This document shows positions 41,507 through 55,009 of a DNA stretch of 64,000 nt, piece by piece. Position numbers and translations under genes: made by a program. The stretch lies in contig NC_043003.1 in assembly GCF_006345805.1 (NCBI RefSeq), forward strand, positions 79,794,001-79,858,000, read 5' to 3'. The stretch is from Octopus sinensis. Lineage: Eukaryota. The notes under the pieces are model-generated. The model had not been told where the DNA came from, made no database searches, and saw nothing but the letters and a program-made list of their open reading frames with translations. Position 1 is the first letter of the stretch; the number at the start of each line of letters is the position of its first letter.

Positions 41507-42933
41507 CTTTACATGTACCAGTAATGTTACTCTAACGGATGCGTCACTCCATCTGGTCACTGCTTGCTGAGACTCGAAATAGTCTTTTCCTGCTCCAAGG
41601 ATGTCAATGGTAAGAGCTTGAACTCAGAAAAAAACCGTAATACATAATAGAGGAATTTAAGTCAAAAGCTCTATAACATCTGCACCAAATCACCGCTTTG
41701 TACTAGCAATACCTAATTTATCAATTTGAAAGAATGAAAGTCAAATTTGACGTAGGCGCTATTTGAACGCAGAATCCGGAAGAAATATCGAGAGGCATTC
41801 TTTCCAATTCTCTTACGGCTCTGTTAATGAGCCATCTTTAATTAGAATCATAATATTAGTGCTATTTATTCATCTCGCTTTGCGTTCTGTTTAGAAATCC
41901 TGTTGCGGTTCACTTTCGCTTTCATCCTTCCGGATTCGATAAATAATTACCTAAAATGCACTAAGGTCAATTCTATTGATTTAACCCTTCCACAACAAAT
42001 CTATGCCTATGTTAGAAATCAAGGAATATGCTATTAGCATTAATTGTAAATATAATACAGATGGTAATTAAATGAAATAAAATTTTGAATTAAAAGGTAA
42101 CATTTTTACAGTTACAATCCTTCCTAATTTTTGTAGTTCAAAATAGATTTTAAAAACCTATCAATAGAAACTGAATTAAATGTTAATACAAGGTAATTAC
42201 TCTAAAGAAAGTTTAAGAATAAAAGCAACATTTACAGATGCAGAGACTCAGTAATAAAGGGTGTAACCTTTAATATCAAATTCATTTTGACTGAGATTTT
42301 AAGTTTTACCTGATGGATAATTCAACCAGTGACAGTGACGCGAAACAAAACCAGTGGAAAGAAATTTTAGAAGACGGAATATACTTTAGAATCGCTTCAG
42401 ATTACACGAATTAGATGTAAGGTTTCATCTTGATATTTGTTCTGGTGTGAAACATTAAATTGCTGTCAAACTGGTCTGTCGCTTTCTAGGTATCTAAACA
42501 TTCACATCGACACAAGTATCTACTTCAGTCTCGTATTTAATTGGTCTTTATTTATGGAGTTACTGGTTTACCTTTGTACTCAACACTTACATCAGTATAC
42601 TTCGAAACAACACTCCAACACACATTCACACACGTGTACGTTGGGATTCTGTCAATTTCCAGTTAATAGATTTCTCTGACAATGCACTAGTCAATGTAGA
42701 AGAACTTGACCAAGTTATAGCGAAACAACATCGAACGCGAAACCATACCATTATGAACTGAAACTTTTAAACACTATGCTAGAGACACTACACACAGGGA
42801 AATCTATGATATTACTCTATTACTATCTTAGTAGTCAACGTTTTAAAACAGGGATATTGGCAGCATAATCTCTAATATATCATTATTAAGACGATTGATA
42901 CATACATGCTTATACACATACATACATCCCATC

Positions 42934-42983
<50 letters not shown>

Positions 42984-43033
42984 ATACACGTATATCACGT
43001 ATTTGTATGTATATATGTATGTGTATATGTATG

Positions 43034-43383
43034 TGGAGTGCAATGGCCCAGTGGTTAGAGTAGTGGTCTTAGGATCGCGGTTTCGATTCCCAGACCGGGC
43101 ATTGTGAGTGTTTATTGAACGAAAACACCTAAAGCTACACGACTCCGCAGGGGTGGTGGTGAACCCTGATGTACTCTTTCACCACAGCTTTCTCTCACTC
43201 TTTCTTCCTGTCACACTTGCCAGCTTTGTCACACTCTGTGTCACGCTGAATCTCCCCGAGAACTACGTTTAGGGTACACGTGTCTGTGGAGTGCTCAGCC
43301 ACTTGCACGTTAATTTCACGAGCAGGCTGTTCTGTTGATCGGATCAACTGGAACACTCGTCGTCGTAACCGACGGAATGCCAT
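43034..43383 (+). mobile_element. SINE-C, diverged copy
   Basis: Homologous to 35816-36202 with small deletions. Confidence 0.9.
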
Positions 43384-43396
43384 CAATCAATCACTG

Positions 43397-43397
<1 letters not shown>

Positions 43398-43428
<31 letters not shown>

Positions 43429-43434
43429 TGTATG

Positions 43435-43465
<31 letters not shown>

Positions 43466-43595
43466 GCATGTATGACTGAATCAGAGGTTAAAAAGGGAAC
43501 TCAAGATCCCAGTCCGACTAAAACTATCTCTCTACCTACCTACCTACAAGCCTACCTACCTCCCTCCCTCCCTCTCTCCCTACCTACCTACCTAC

Positions 43596-43630
<35 letters not shown>
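43398..43630. repeat. (GTAT)n and (CTAC)/(CTAT)n tetranucleotide repeats
   Basis: Direct observation. Confidence 0.9.
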
Positions 43631-43650
<20 letters not shown>

Positions 43651-44519
43651 CATTGATAACGTTTGACTGGGATCCCAATATCCTTCTTTAAAGTTACATG
43701 CTGCAGCGCCATACTTGACGGCTATACATATATGAAACTGACGTATATTTCTTTAGATTTCCCTGCTTACTAGTGCTACTACTGCTCTATGTTTATTGGG
43801 ACTGTGTGTTTAAGTTTAGCTGTACGCATGTAGAGTTCAGTTAGATATGTTAAAGCATTTGCAATGAAGTCGTAACAATCACAGTAGAATAATATAAATA
43901 GGTTATGCCTTCGATTTTCTTGAACATTTAAGATGCTTATTTATATCAAGTTGAAAATAACATAACTCAAGAAAGAATGGTGACACATGTATAAAAAGAA
44001 TGCAGATCTTTTATTTTTTACTTGTTTCAGTCATTAGACTGTAGCCATACTTGGGCACTACTTTGGAGATTTCTTTTAGTCGAATGAATTGGCCCCAGTA
44101 CGTACTTTGTGTTAGACCCGTTGAGTGGGCATTTTATTTTCAGAGACTATATGTACAACTATTTATCCTCTTTCACTACACATTCTACATTCAGCTGCCG
44201 TATCTGTTTTCATTTTATATCTTGCTCCACTCGATTGATCCTGCTAGGAACAAACTCCTCAGTCTCTTTAACACTCGTCGTTTTTAGCCACGGAAATTAC
44301 TTCTGGTTTCGATACCGTTCAATACTTCGCAGAAACTTTCCTATACACTTTTCTTCCTCCGAGAATTTTGTTTTTTCCTCCTTTCAGCCAACATATCCCC
44401 TGTTATTATTTCAATCCAAACCGATTCTTCATTACCAGCAATGTAATTATTTAGCCACTTTACTTCTACTTTCACATGAATTTCTACGCTTACCTATTCT
44501 TTATCCTTTCTGTTGATAT

Positions 44520-45010
44520 GCAGTCTGTCAACATCTGCCTATGGGTTTAAGGCCTTGTAAATTGCCAATGATGACTTTATTATATTTTTTTCAAAGTCTT
44601 CTTTTGTTCATTTCATTACTCCAGCACTGTACCTGATGACGGGTGTGGCTCTTTAATTTCTGGCAGTGATAGCATTTATATAATTGGATTTAAAGTTGAG
44701 TTTTCTCCTAACCTTTCATAAATATTATTCTTAGAATTTATATACGTGTTTCTATTCTTGAAGCCATCAGCTGCCATGGCACTCAGGTGTTTGTATATGC
44801 CATTTGTATCAATCTCCCGTATCTTTCCTCGCTTATTTATTTCACAACGTTTATGGTATTTCCCTTTCTTCCTCTCAAGGGTTCTTCACTTGGAAATGCT
44901 AAATATCATCCTGCATTATAATGTCATTGCTAAACATTATTACAGAACTGACAAAGGTATCAAATTACCTTTCTTACTTGCCGTAGAGCTTCAGATCATC
45001 CATGAATAAC
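44520..45010 (-). mobile_element. R4/Dong-like RT fragment
   Basis: LFMDDLKLY at ~44980-45010; PVIRYSAGV. Confidence 0.8.
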
Positions 45011-45139
45011 CTAGAATGTTGTGCAAACAACTTGCACATGCAAGTGCTACCAGTCAAGAACTCCGCATACCGGAAGACAGCAAGTGTATGGGGTCATCAG
45101 GAGAGAATGCGCGCCGTTTCGGGTCTACGTTTCATAGGT

Positions 45140-46540
45140 ATCAAATTCACTTTCTGACTTACTGCAGAGCTTCCCGTCATCCATGAATATTAAATAACTT
45201 TTACTTTTATTAGTTCTTGGGAGAGGGGAATGAATAACGGTTATATGTTATTATCTTGGAATATACTTTGATCTGTTTAGACATTTCCAAATTGCTGTTC
45301 TTTGATTGTTAGTTCTATTCCCTGATTGACCATATATACTGGTTGAAGTTTGGCGGGGTTATTTGCAATAACGAACATTTTGAGTGTGTTCAAAATCAAG
45401 AGTGGGAAATCATGTCCTATGAATTTTTGCAACCGCTTTGTTTCATTGCAATCTAGACTGTTTTCTTATATAGCTTCTTAATAATTTTGCCGATTAATAG
45501 AATATTGCTTCCTTTGAGATAGCCTCATGTGCACCGATCACAACAGGTATTGCACTCACTTTTGAAGCTCTATGGATTCATTCTGATTGCACTGCTAGGT
45601 CTTTGTACTTCCCGACTTTCTCGTTCTGTGTCTTCACAATATTCTGATTTGCAAGTATAGCTACGCCGATGAAGACCCATTATTTGGATTCCTTCCGTAG
45701 GTGAGTGATACCTGGTCGATCGTGTTGCAGCTTCTTACCTGTGTATATCCTCTGCAAGTTTCATCTGATCTTCTTTTGCTACTGCCAAAGGTTGGAGATC
45801 AAACCACTTTCTCAGTCAAGCCCATATTTCCTGCAAATGTCCCAGTGTATTAACACTTCCACATTATTATGGCGTTTTTGTACTCTTTTGGGGCCAGATT
45901 CAAGAACACACTAATTATATGTCTGACTTATCAGTGCCACACTTGATTGAGTTAGTTCGTAAAGCTTTTTATTGAGCAGCAACAATCAGGCCATTTTTCT
46001 GCTTCTTTAAAAAAAAACACAGATCTTAACCATCTCAGGATTCTTCATCAGCTTCAACCGATTTTTGTTGGAAGAACTCTCCATGTCGGACTTTCTCTTT
46101 CCAGTTGGTCATCTTTTCTCTGTTAGTCCTCATATTATATACCTGGAGGGTATCACTGTTGTCACTGATCACGTTCTCACTCAGTGCAACCTGCAAACAC
46201 TATTCTTCACATTGGCAAGGACTTGATCTACTTCACAACATTATCTCCTATTACAACCAGACCTCTGCCACCTTTTCTTGGTAATTAGAGCTTTGCTAAA
46301 TTACTTATAGTATCAAGGCATTTAAGCATAGCCTTTACCTATTTAGTTTCTCTATCCATGTTGATCAGTTTCATCAACCATTCCACAACTCCTGTGCAGT
46401 AACGTACGACATGTACCACCCATGCGTCGATGGTTCTAATGAGACTGATCTTAGATCTACATAGCTTTTTAGCTCTTCTGATATATTAAGAAAAGAAATT
46501 CTCCTCTATCTTAGTGTTCATCATCTGGCCTAATTGTGAA
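45140..46540 (-). mobile_element. R4/Dong-like 3' half (thumb, Zn knuckle, RLE)
   Basis: RKGGRGLV, GLIVAAQ, RHNNVEVLIHWDICRKYG, HDRPGI, EKVGKYKDLA..IPVVIGA. Confidence 0.8.
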
Positions 46541-47952
46541 GCACAGCTAGTACTTACTTTATCGACCCAGAAACAATGAAATCAAAATCGACTTCGGTTT
46601 AATTTGAACTCACAACGTAAGGACGGATGAAATTCCGCTAAACATTTTGCGTTCGTCGTGCTAACAATTCTGCCAGCTTGCCGCCCTAATGGTAGAGATA
46701 ATAATGGTTGTAATAATGGTAAGAACAATAGTGGTGGTATTGGTGGTGGTGGTGATACGCAGTATCATAATAAATTACCGAAAGTGAACAACCAAGCGTT
46801 AGAGAGGTCACATATATTTTCCATATTCTTCCAAAAATTAATTTTTATTTGTTGCCCGCAAAAAAGCCGTATTGGAAAGTGTTTAAATCCTGAGGAGAAA
46901 GTTGTAGTCACAGATGTTAACCCGAGTGTCTGCTGCTGCTACTACTACTACTACTACTACGTATAATGGCAGCAATTGCCAATTTCTTTACTACGGCTAC
47001 TGAAGGTAGCTCGGAGAAAGATAAAAACAACTACAATAAAACAACTTAATCAATAACACAGGAAGTAGCAATAAGGACAACAATAACTCCAAACTGCCAA
47101 AGAACCACGTTTCTTTATTGTGGCTGCAGAACATAGCCTCGACAGACACAACAACAACATCAGCAACAACTCATAAATTAACAATATCAACGATGATAAA
47201 AACACTGTTTGTTACCGTGACTACAGAAGATAGCTGCAAGGACAAAAGCAACAATAATAATGGTAATAATAGTGATAATAATAGTGGTAGTGATTTCACT
47301 TAATGTTTTTGTACTCTGTACTTATGCACCGAGGGAGATTATAGTTAGCAATGGATTCTCTGAAAATTCCCTCAGCATAATAGAAAAGGCAGTTAAATCC
47401 CTTTCAAATCATCGCACCTAACTGTTATATCCTTATGGATAAACGAATACGCTGCAACAGTGTAATAACAATATAATCGAAACAAACAGCAGTAACCACA
47501 TAACGAAATGACAATCTTTTAAGAACCAATGATCCAACACGCTAACTCACACTGTCAACTTTGAACTATCAACACACGAACAGTGGAACTTGCACGAACT
47601 TATTTCTTTATTGCCTACACGGGACAAAACATAGAGGGGGCAGTAGAAGTACAGACAAAAACAAAAAAGTGGGGACCAAAAAATCGAATGTAAAGGATGA
47701 ATTAAATAATGAAAGGAAAAATAAAATGAAGCCACACGACCCCACATCCTGGCGATTTCATTTATCTTTGTTATACACGATAATTTACTTATTTTAAAAC
47801 ACTTTTAAACCTTTTTCACCACATAGAATGTCTTTAAGAAGTTCGTTGTAATGTAACGTTATTGGTATACACCGGTGTCAATTTTCATGAGTTGGAAGTG
47901 TGCCCCTGAAATCGAGGAAGAATGGCTAGTAGCAGCCATAATGCACGATATG

Positions 47953-48185
47953 TATTTCTTTATTACCCACAAGGGGCTAAACACAGAGGGGAAAAACAAG
48001 GACAGACATAGGTATTAAGTCGATTACATCAACACCAGTGCGTAACTGGTACTTAATTTATCGACCCCGAAAGGATGAAAGGCAAAGTCGACCTCGGCGG
48101 AATTTGAACTAAGAACGCAGCGGCGGACGAAATACTGCAAAGCATTTCGCCCGGCGTGCTAACGATTCTGTCAGCTCACCGCCTT
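47953..48185 (-). mobile_element. SINE-A monomer (tail 1) inserted in ORF1 of element #1
   Basis: 17-bp TSD CCATA(A/C)TGCACGATATG at ~47936-47952 and 48186-48202; removal restores APEIEEEWLVAAIMHDMTDGVEIL. Confidence 0.9.
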
Positions 48186-48199
48186 CCATACTGCACGAT

Positions 48200-49038
48200 A
48201 TGACGGATGGGGTAGAGATCCTCAAGATAACGAGGATCCAAAAGGTCAACTGGTGGGGATATGGCCTCGAAGGGACAATGCAGGTATCTTTGGAAGACTT
48301 GCATAGTATAACGGAGGAAATAATACTCCCGGAAGACACTAGACTTCGAATAACAGTAGAAGGAAGACCACCAACATGCTTCCTATGCGGTAAAAAAGGG
48401 CACATGAATGCAAGATGTCCCGAGAAGGGAAACGAAGAGGAGAAGAAAAGGGAAGAAAACAATACCGAACAGGTAGTACCAATAACAGAGACAGATAGAG
48501 TGGAGGAACCCTTCACAGTAGTTAACACGAGGAAGAGAAAGGAACGGGTGAATTCTCCCCCAGACAGTAAAAAAAGGCTAAAATACATTGTGATGGAAGA
48601 AAAGAGAAATAGGTGTGAAGCACCAACAGAAGCAGCAGTGAAAGAAGGCACACAGGAAAAAAAAAAGCATTACAATAGGGAGAAAAAGGAAGCGTTTATA
48701 AAATTGGTTATGATGTTTCTGCACGCCTGAACAGATCAGGACAGGAGCCGAAGCAAGCAGAAGTGAAAAGGAAGAGATATAAGTGGCATTTGGTCACTTA
48801 TTCCAAAAGTAAAGAAATAGAGGAACCGATTGTAAAATATAAATCGGTAATAAGAGTAAAGCTGCCGCCAGAAAAATACCCGGAATACACTAAAGGAAGG
48901 GTCATAGATAAAGAGAGATTTTTGAAATTGAGAGAGATGTATGGACATTTCATAGATTCGCTGGGGGTTGAAGTCGAGTTTGACGAGCTCCCGCCGGTCG
49001 TGGAGTTAAAAGATTTGAAACCCTTTGTGAACATGTAA
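48200..49038 (+). pseudogene. Retroelement ORF1 (gag-like Zn knuckle), disrupted near 48660-48730
   Basis: ORFs 48200-48730 and 48763-49038; frameshift at a poly-A run plus one stop. Confidence 0.75.
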
Positions 49039-50977
49039 AAACAAGTAAGTAAAGTTTGTAATTCATATAAAGAAAAAAAACCCCCAGGAAAATACTGTTA
49101 AAAAGTTTAAGGAAAAAAGAAACGATACAAAAACAACAACAACAAAAGACTAAGAAAAAGAACAAGCTAAACAGGAAAAAAAGAAAAAAAGACTGTAAGA
49201 ACGTTTAATTGTAGAAAAGAAATCACGGTTTCGTCACGGAGCGGGACCGAGAAAATCGTCTCATATTCGTTGTAATTTAATTCATTGTAATTCATTCTTT
49301 CATATGTTTTGTTTTTGTTCACGCTGTTTGTGTATGTCCCCTCTGTATTCAGGCCTTGTGCCTATAATAAAGAAATAACCGGTGTCGATTTTCATTTGCC
49401 AGTGAAAAACATTGTTCCCGTATTCTTCCAGTCCTGATGTGTATCTGGAGTCCACTATCACACAATCTAAGTGCGAGGGTACCTCCCCACAGTGATTACC
49501 TTATCCGCTCGTCCCATAGCTTAGTATGTTTTGCATTGCAGATCACTATACTTTTTTTTCACAGGTAGGGTGTTGGAAAATTTGGAGCTCTTGTGTGCTT
49601 GTGGTTAATTTGTCAGTGTAAGGTGGGGTAGGGTGAGGGTTAGTATCTGCAGGAGAAGGATGGGGCAGTGTGGGTCTGGGTGTGGGATTATCATTCACAG
49701 TTTGTGCCTTTTTTTTCCTCTTTCTGCTCTTCTTTCCTACAGTTTCCCATCAGTCTTTAGTTTTATTTTCTCCTTTCTCTGCACTGATCTCTCTTCCGCT
49801 GGTTCTCGAGGTGTAGTTTCTTTTACGATCACGGGTGCCTCTTGTGATTTTAAGGGCGGTGGAGAACATCCCGCTCTAATGTGGCCTTTTTAACAACATT
49901 TGTAATAACGAGGGATCCTTCCCCCCACTCTAATCCCGAATATTATTTCCTCTACCGTTATGGTCTCCACCATATTTTCCAGGTCCTTCGGGGCAGTCTG
50001 GATTACCGTATCCAGACTCAGCCTTGCTAATTTTTATGTGCAGTGATGGTGGCTTGGAGACAACTACCTTTTCTTCCATGCCCAGCAGTATAGCAGCTAC
50101 ATCTGTTTCCGGGAGTATATCTTCGACTCTTACCTTAGAAGCACGCCTTCTAAGGTATATGGACGGAAGTACCACCTCCTCAGTTTTTAAGGGGGTTGCC
50201 GAGTGTAGCTTGGCAGCAGCTTCATCTCGGAACCACCCCGCCACCGTTCCAAACTTTCTTCCTCCGGCAAGGTAAGACATTTCCTGCAAGATGGGTTTTA
50301 ACACCTTTTCAATTTGAATTGTAGCTATTAATTCGAATTTCTTGGTTTTGACAGAGTAAGTTCTATAGACTATCATTTTTTTCATTGGTTTTCTGTAATA
50401 CTTCTTGAGGAGGGGACACCTTTACATCGTGCCCCTCCCTACAACACATATTCTTGTATTTACCAAGCTCCTTTACATCAATTTTTTTTGTTGTGGCTTT
50501 TGGCCACGGCTGCAAAATTCATTCTCTTTTTCTTTTTTACCTATCACAGAAATTTGTTGAGCAATTCTTCATTGGAAGAACTCAGTTTGTTGTACTTCAT
50601 TTTTTAACACTGTGCTACTCCTTTCAAACGAGGCGGAATACGTGAACAAAACTGCAGTAAAACAAAGTGTTGTTCAACACAAAACAAGTAGAATAGATAG
50701 CAATTCAACAATACAACAATATATTTAACAGAGTGACTGACTACAAATATGTGCTTTTAACACAAAGTGGAACTAGGGCGAACTGCTTCACTTACTCAAA
50801 CCGCTACTCTTTATATGCTGTTATCCAGTCCATTCTCCCCAGGGTGTGTTGTACTCTTGCACAACATCTCTTTCAAAATTCCGTGTTCCAAAGAAATAAA
50901 TTATGTATATATATATCAAAATCGTGAACAAAATGAGAAACGAGAACATAAATTTGAAATCATAATTATTTATTAGT

Positions 50978-51135
50978 ACTTCTTCTTCTTCTTCTTCTTC
51001 TTCTCTTCTTCTTCTTCTTCTTCTTCTTCTTCTCTTCTTCTTCTTCTTCTTCTTCTTCTTCTTCTTCTTCTCTTCTTCTTCTTCTTCTCTTCTTCTTCTT
51101 CTTCTTCTTCTTCTTCTTCTTCTTCTTCTTCTCTT
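50978..51135. repeat. (CTT)n microsatellite
   Basis: Direct observation. Confidence 0.95.
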
Positions 51136-51318
51136 CTTATTATTATTATTTCGTCTGCGCTACGTTCTGAGTTCAAATTCCGTCGAGGTCAACTTTGCCT
51201 TTCATCCTTTTGGGATTGATAAAATGAGTATCTCAATTCAACACTGAGATCGATGTAATCGACTCATCCCCTCCCCTAAGATAGTTGCCTCTATGGGGGA
51301 ATTATCATTATTATTATT

Positions 51319-54300
51319 GTCTTTGCACAGCTTGTAACGCTGGAGATGTGCTACGTTGTCAGCTGTTCACTACCAGTGTATTAAAGTAACACCCCTTATT
51401 TTTCGAGCACCATCCGAAGTATTGGAGCAGTTCAAAGCAGTGCTATTTTCTGCAAGTGCTCCATCCTTATTGCAGCCCCTATGTGATCCTTGCTCCCAGG
51501 GCTCCGACATTTATTAGTACTACTACCACCTTTTTCATTGACCACAACTGCTTTACCTCTCAAGATAACCTGTCATATCTCTGGATTCTTCTTTCTTCCT
51601 TATCGCATACTTTGTTGTCAGCTGGGCATGCTATATCTATGATCCAGCATAGTTTGTTTTCTTTCTCAATTAAGACTATGCCTGGCTTCCTATTCTCTAT
51701 CTCATGGTCGCACTGAATCATAAAATCCCATAGGATCTTTTGCATTTTTATTTTCGACGATGCCTTCAGGTTTTTGGTTGTACCAATTTTTTTGCTCAGT
51801 CAAATCCATACTTCTTGCAAAGTGTCCAATGGACAATCTTTCCGATATTGTGGTGGCGTCTCTTATATTCCTTCTGGGCTAGTGGCGTACGTTGGCTGGT
51901 AATATGCCATACGGTTTCACAGTTTTGTCCACAGATTCTTACCACTTTCTGATGTGTTGTCTTCTCTGTATTTTATGTAGTTGGTTCTTAATGCTTGCTC
52001 TTGGGCAGCACAAATTAGAGCCTCCGTTTCCGGGTTTAAACCACTTTTAGTAATCCGCAGCCATTGTTTTTCTTTGTCTGTCTTATCTTCAACATCCCTG
52101 TGAAATTGTCCATGCATTCTTTTCTTTACTCGTCTATTTTCAGTTTCATTTGTTTTCAATTTCTTGTATAGTGTTTTATCTTTGCAATCTTTCATCCCAC
52201 ACAAGCCTGACCTTCTTACTTCTAATAATAGCAGTTCTGTGGCATTTTTTACATACCATACTATGTTGATTTCTTTTGCTTTAATGATGTGTTCGCATTC
52301 AATGAATCCCTTTCTCCATCTTTTTCTTGGTATATACAGTTTGTCTGTGTCACATTTTGGGTGGAGTAACCCATATCTAGTTAGCAACTTCCTTGTCTTT
52401 CTGTTTAAGTTGTTTAGTTCGTCTACTGACTATGCTATTACACCTGCTCCATATCTAAGGAGTGAAACCACCCAAGTGTTGATAGCTTCGATCTTATTCC
52501 GTCCGTTTAATTTCGACTTAAGTATCAGTCTCAGTCTGTGCAAGTACTCCACCTTAAATTTTTCTGTCATTTCTTTCTCCATCAATATATCCATTTCTAA
52601 AATCCCGAAGTACTTATAGTGCATCTCTTCTATCTGCTTCATAACCTCCCTCGACGGTATCGTTAGCCGGTCCATACATCTGATTTTGCCTCTCTTCAAG
52701 ACTAATACACCACACTTTCTCAGTCCGAACTCTATTCTGATATGAGCAATAAAGGTATACACCGTATCAACGAGGGAACTAACTTGGACTTAATATTTAC
52801 CATAAAGTTTGAGGTCATCCATGAATAACAAATGGTTGAATTTTGTTGGCGGCTTTTGAATACATACACAGCTTTTGCTTTCCTTAGAATCAGTGTTATT
52901 GGTATCAAGCACAGTACAAAGATCAGTCCCCTTGTAAGATGCACCTCCTGATTTCTACTGTCCCTAAACGTTTTCCGTATGCTGTTAGGTCCGTCCTCCA
53001 CTTTGCCATAGTTTTTCCAAGCAATCGCTCAATATTCGATGCAATACCAAATACGTTCAAACATTCCATTATCCCCATTATCCAAGAGTATGGGATCATA
53101 TCGTACGCATTACGATAGTCGATCCATGACATAGTTAAGTTAGTTTTACTTCTCTTGCAGTCTCTAAGTACAGTTTTGTTCATGAGGAGTTGATCCTTGA
53201 TACCTCTGCACTTACGCTTGCAATCTTTCTCTTAATGTGGCAGGACTCCATATTTTCCAGATGTTCGTACATTGACTCTGAGAGTATTCCCGTCAATAAT
53301 TTCCACATAAGTCGCAAACAGGATATCTGCCTGTAATTGTCTAGCGTATAGCCTTTTTCGATGTTTTTCAGACACAACACTGTCCTACCTAATGTCAACC
53401 ACTCTGGTATTATTTAGTCGGCATTTAAGAAGGTGTTGAGTTGTGCAGCTATTCGTGCATGACATTCACCAATCTTTTGATCCAGTAGCCTTGAACTCCA
53501 TCTGGTCCCAGGGCCTTCCAGTTGCTAATTTTGTTTGCTGATTTCCTTCAGTTCTCTAACTGAAATTACTAGTTCTGCCTGCTTTGGACAGACTACTGTT
53601 TGTTTCATTTCTTGCAGCCATTCAGCATCCTTCTTGTGCTTCTTGTCTTTGCTCTAGATGTCACTCCAAAACATTTGACTTTCATTGTTATCTGGTATCA
53701 ACTTTTCATCTGAACACTCTCCCTTTATTTCGTTATAGAATATCTTCTGATCTACTCCGAATAACCTGTTCTGATGGTAACCCTTCATTCTTTGGTGGTA
53801 TCTTACTTACTTTGCTTTCTTTGCAATGAGGCGTTGTTTCAGTTCCTTCATTACTACTTTCAGGCCCTTTCTTTCAATATTACACTTCCTTTTTAGCGCC
53901 CTATATTTTTGTACGCTTTTAATCTCCCTTTTCTCTTTTCGGTCTAACACAGAGGTTTCCTTCGGGAGCATGTCTAACCCTGTCTGGATTCTTCTTTTAC
54001 ACCATGAATGTTTTCTTTTGTCGCTCCCATTATGTTTCTTTTCCTTAACATAAACACTCGCGTTTTCTGCTACAATACTTGCTGCCTTGATCAAATTATT
54101 GTTTGTTCTGATGTATTTCAGAATTTCATTGACAGTTTTGGTTTCTTGGTTCAATTTCCATCAACCAACGTTTTTTGAGTTTGCAAATAATGTCGCTGTT
54201 GTTCTCCTGTAGTCTTGCCTTTATTCTGTTGTAGATCATTTTTAGTTCATCTGTCATGTCACCATTAGTTTTATTGTCTTCTTTTAGATGACCAATATGT

Positions 54301-54560
54301 CTCTCAACAAGTAAAGTATCGCTGCTCGTTTCCTGTGCTATGAGATTATTCTTATTAGTAAGAACTGTATTTTCATTGTTATCTCTGCTGCTATTCTCCA
54401 CGACCCGTCTTTTGATAGCTTCGAGCTCTACTTCTGTGAACCAACAATTTTTTCTTATTGCTAGAGCATGATCACATGGTCTCTGTTTCATGAGCTGCAA
54501 CAATCCCTTTTCTCTCCAATGATCATACCTGCGTATCAGCAGCTTCAGCATATTATCATC
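51319..54560 (-). mobile_element. Near full-length R4/Dong-like non-LTR retrotransposon (~3.2 kb, many frameshifts)
   Basis: In order: [100 protein letters not shown]; 3' (AAT)n tail. Confidence 0.93.
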
Positions 54561-55009
54561 ATTTTTATGTTTACCATTATCACCATCACACCACTACCAT
54601 TGTTATTATCATTATTACTATTTCAATTTATTATTAAAAGATTTTACTAAATGTTCTTTATTTTCAACTTTTGTCTTGTACATGAGATAATCATAAATAA
54701 GTGGTTGTTGAAGGAAATAGGCGGGTAATAGTTTGGTGAATAGATCATATTCGACAGGTATATAAATAAATTGGGCAGAAGGTGGGGAGGTCAGCTATAG
54801 AGACAAAAGAATCTTCGCGCCCTTTGGGTCAGCGGAGATCAAATGCGTTTACTACTACCAGTGGCCACTGAGAGCGCTGTTTTGAAAAGAAGCTATTTGA
54901 ACCTGTTCTATTTGTAATTACTGGTAGAAAAAACAATAATAATAATACACACGCACAGACACAGACACACACCCACGCACACGCACACATATTTATCTAC
55001 TGATATTGA

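Larger units (their letters stand above)
47889..49377 (+). mobile_element. ORF1-only retroposon #1 (HAL1-like), 5'-truncated
   Basis: 18-bp TSD ACCGGTGTC(A/G)ATTTTCAT at 47871-47888 and 49378-49395; L1/Tx1-type ORF1 with CX2CX4HX4C (CFLCGKKGHMNARC); ORF ends at 49038, then A-rich UTR and tail. Confidence 0.8.
47601..50765 (-). mobile_element. ORF1-only retroposon #2 (HAL1-like), interrupted by element #1
   Basis: ORF1 remnants MNFAAVAK.., MIVYRTYSVKT..RRRASKVRVEDI, knuckle remnant RYYKCC*KGHIRAGC; continues beyond the insertion to a 3' tail ending AATAAAGAAATA at 47601; putative TSD 47582-47600 / 50766-50784; no endonuclease or RT motifs. Confidence 0.6.
47423..50866 (-). mobile_element. Gypsy-type LTR split by nested insertions (halves 50785-50866 and 47423-47600)
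   Basis: Joined halves give ~260 bp TG...CA with CATATAAAG, preceded by purine tract GAAAGAGA; joined via a 16/19-bp direct repeat. Confidence 0.5.

Noticed and set aside
42137-42192. Plus-strand exon candidate (tttttgtag..aag|gtaatt, FKIDFKNLSIETELNVNT)
   Set aside because: It is isolated, with no compatible plus-strand partners found; it shows the chance rate of such signals.
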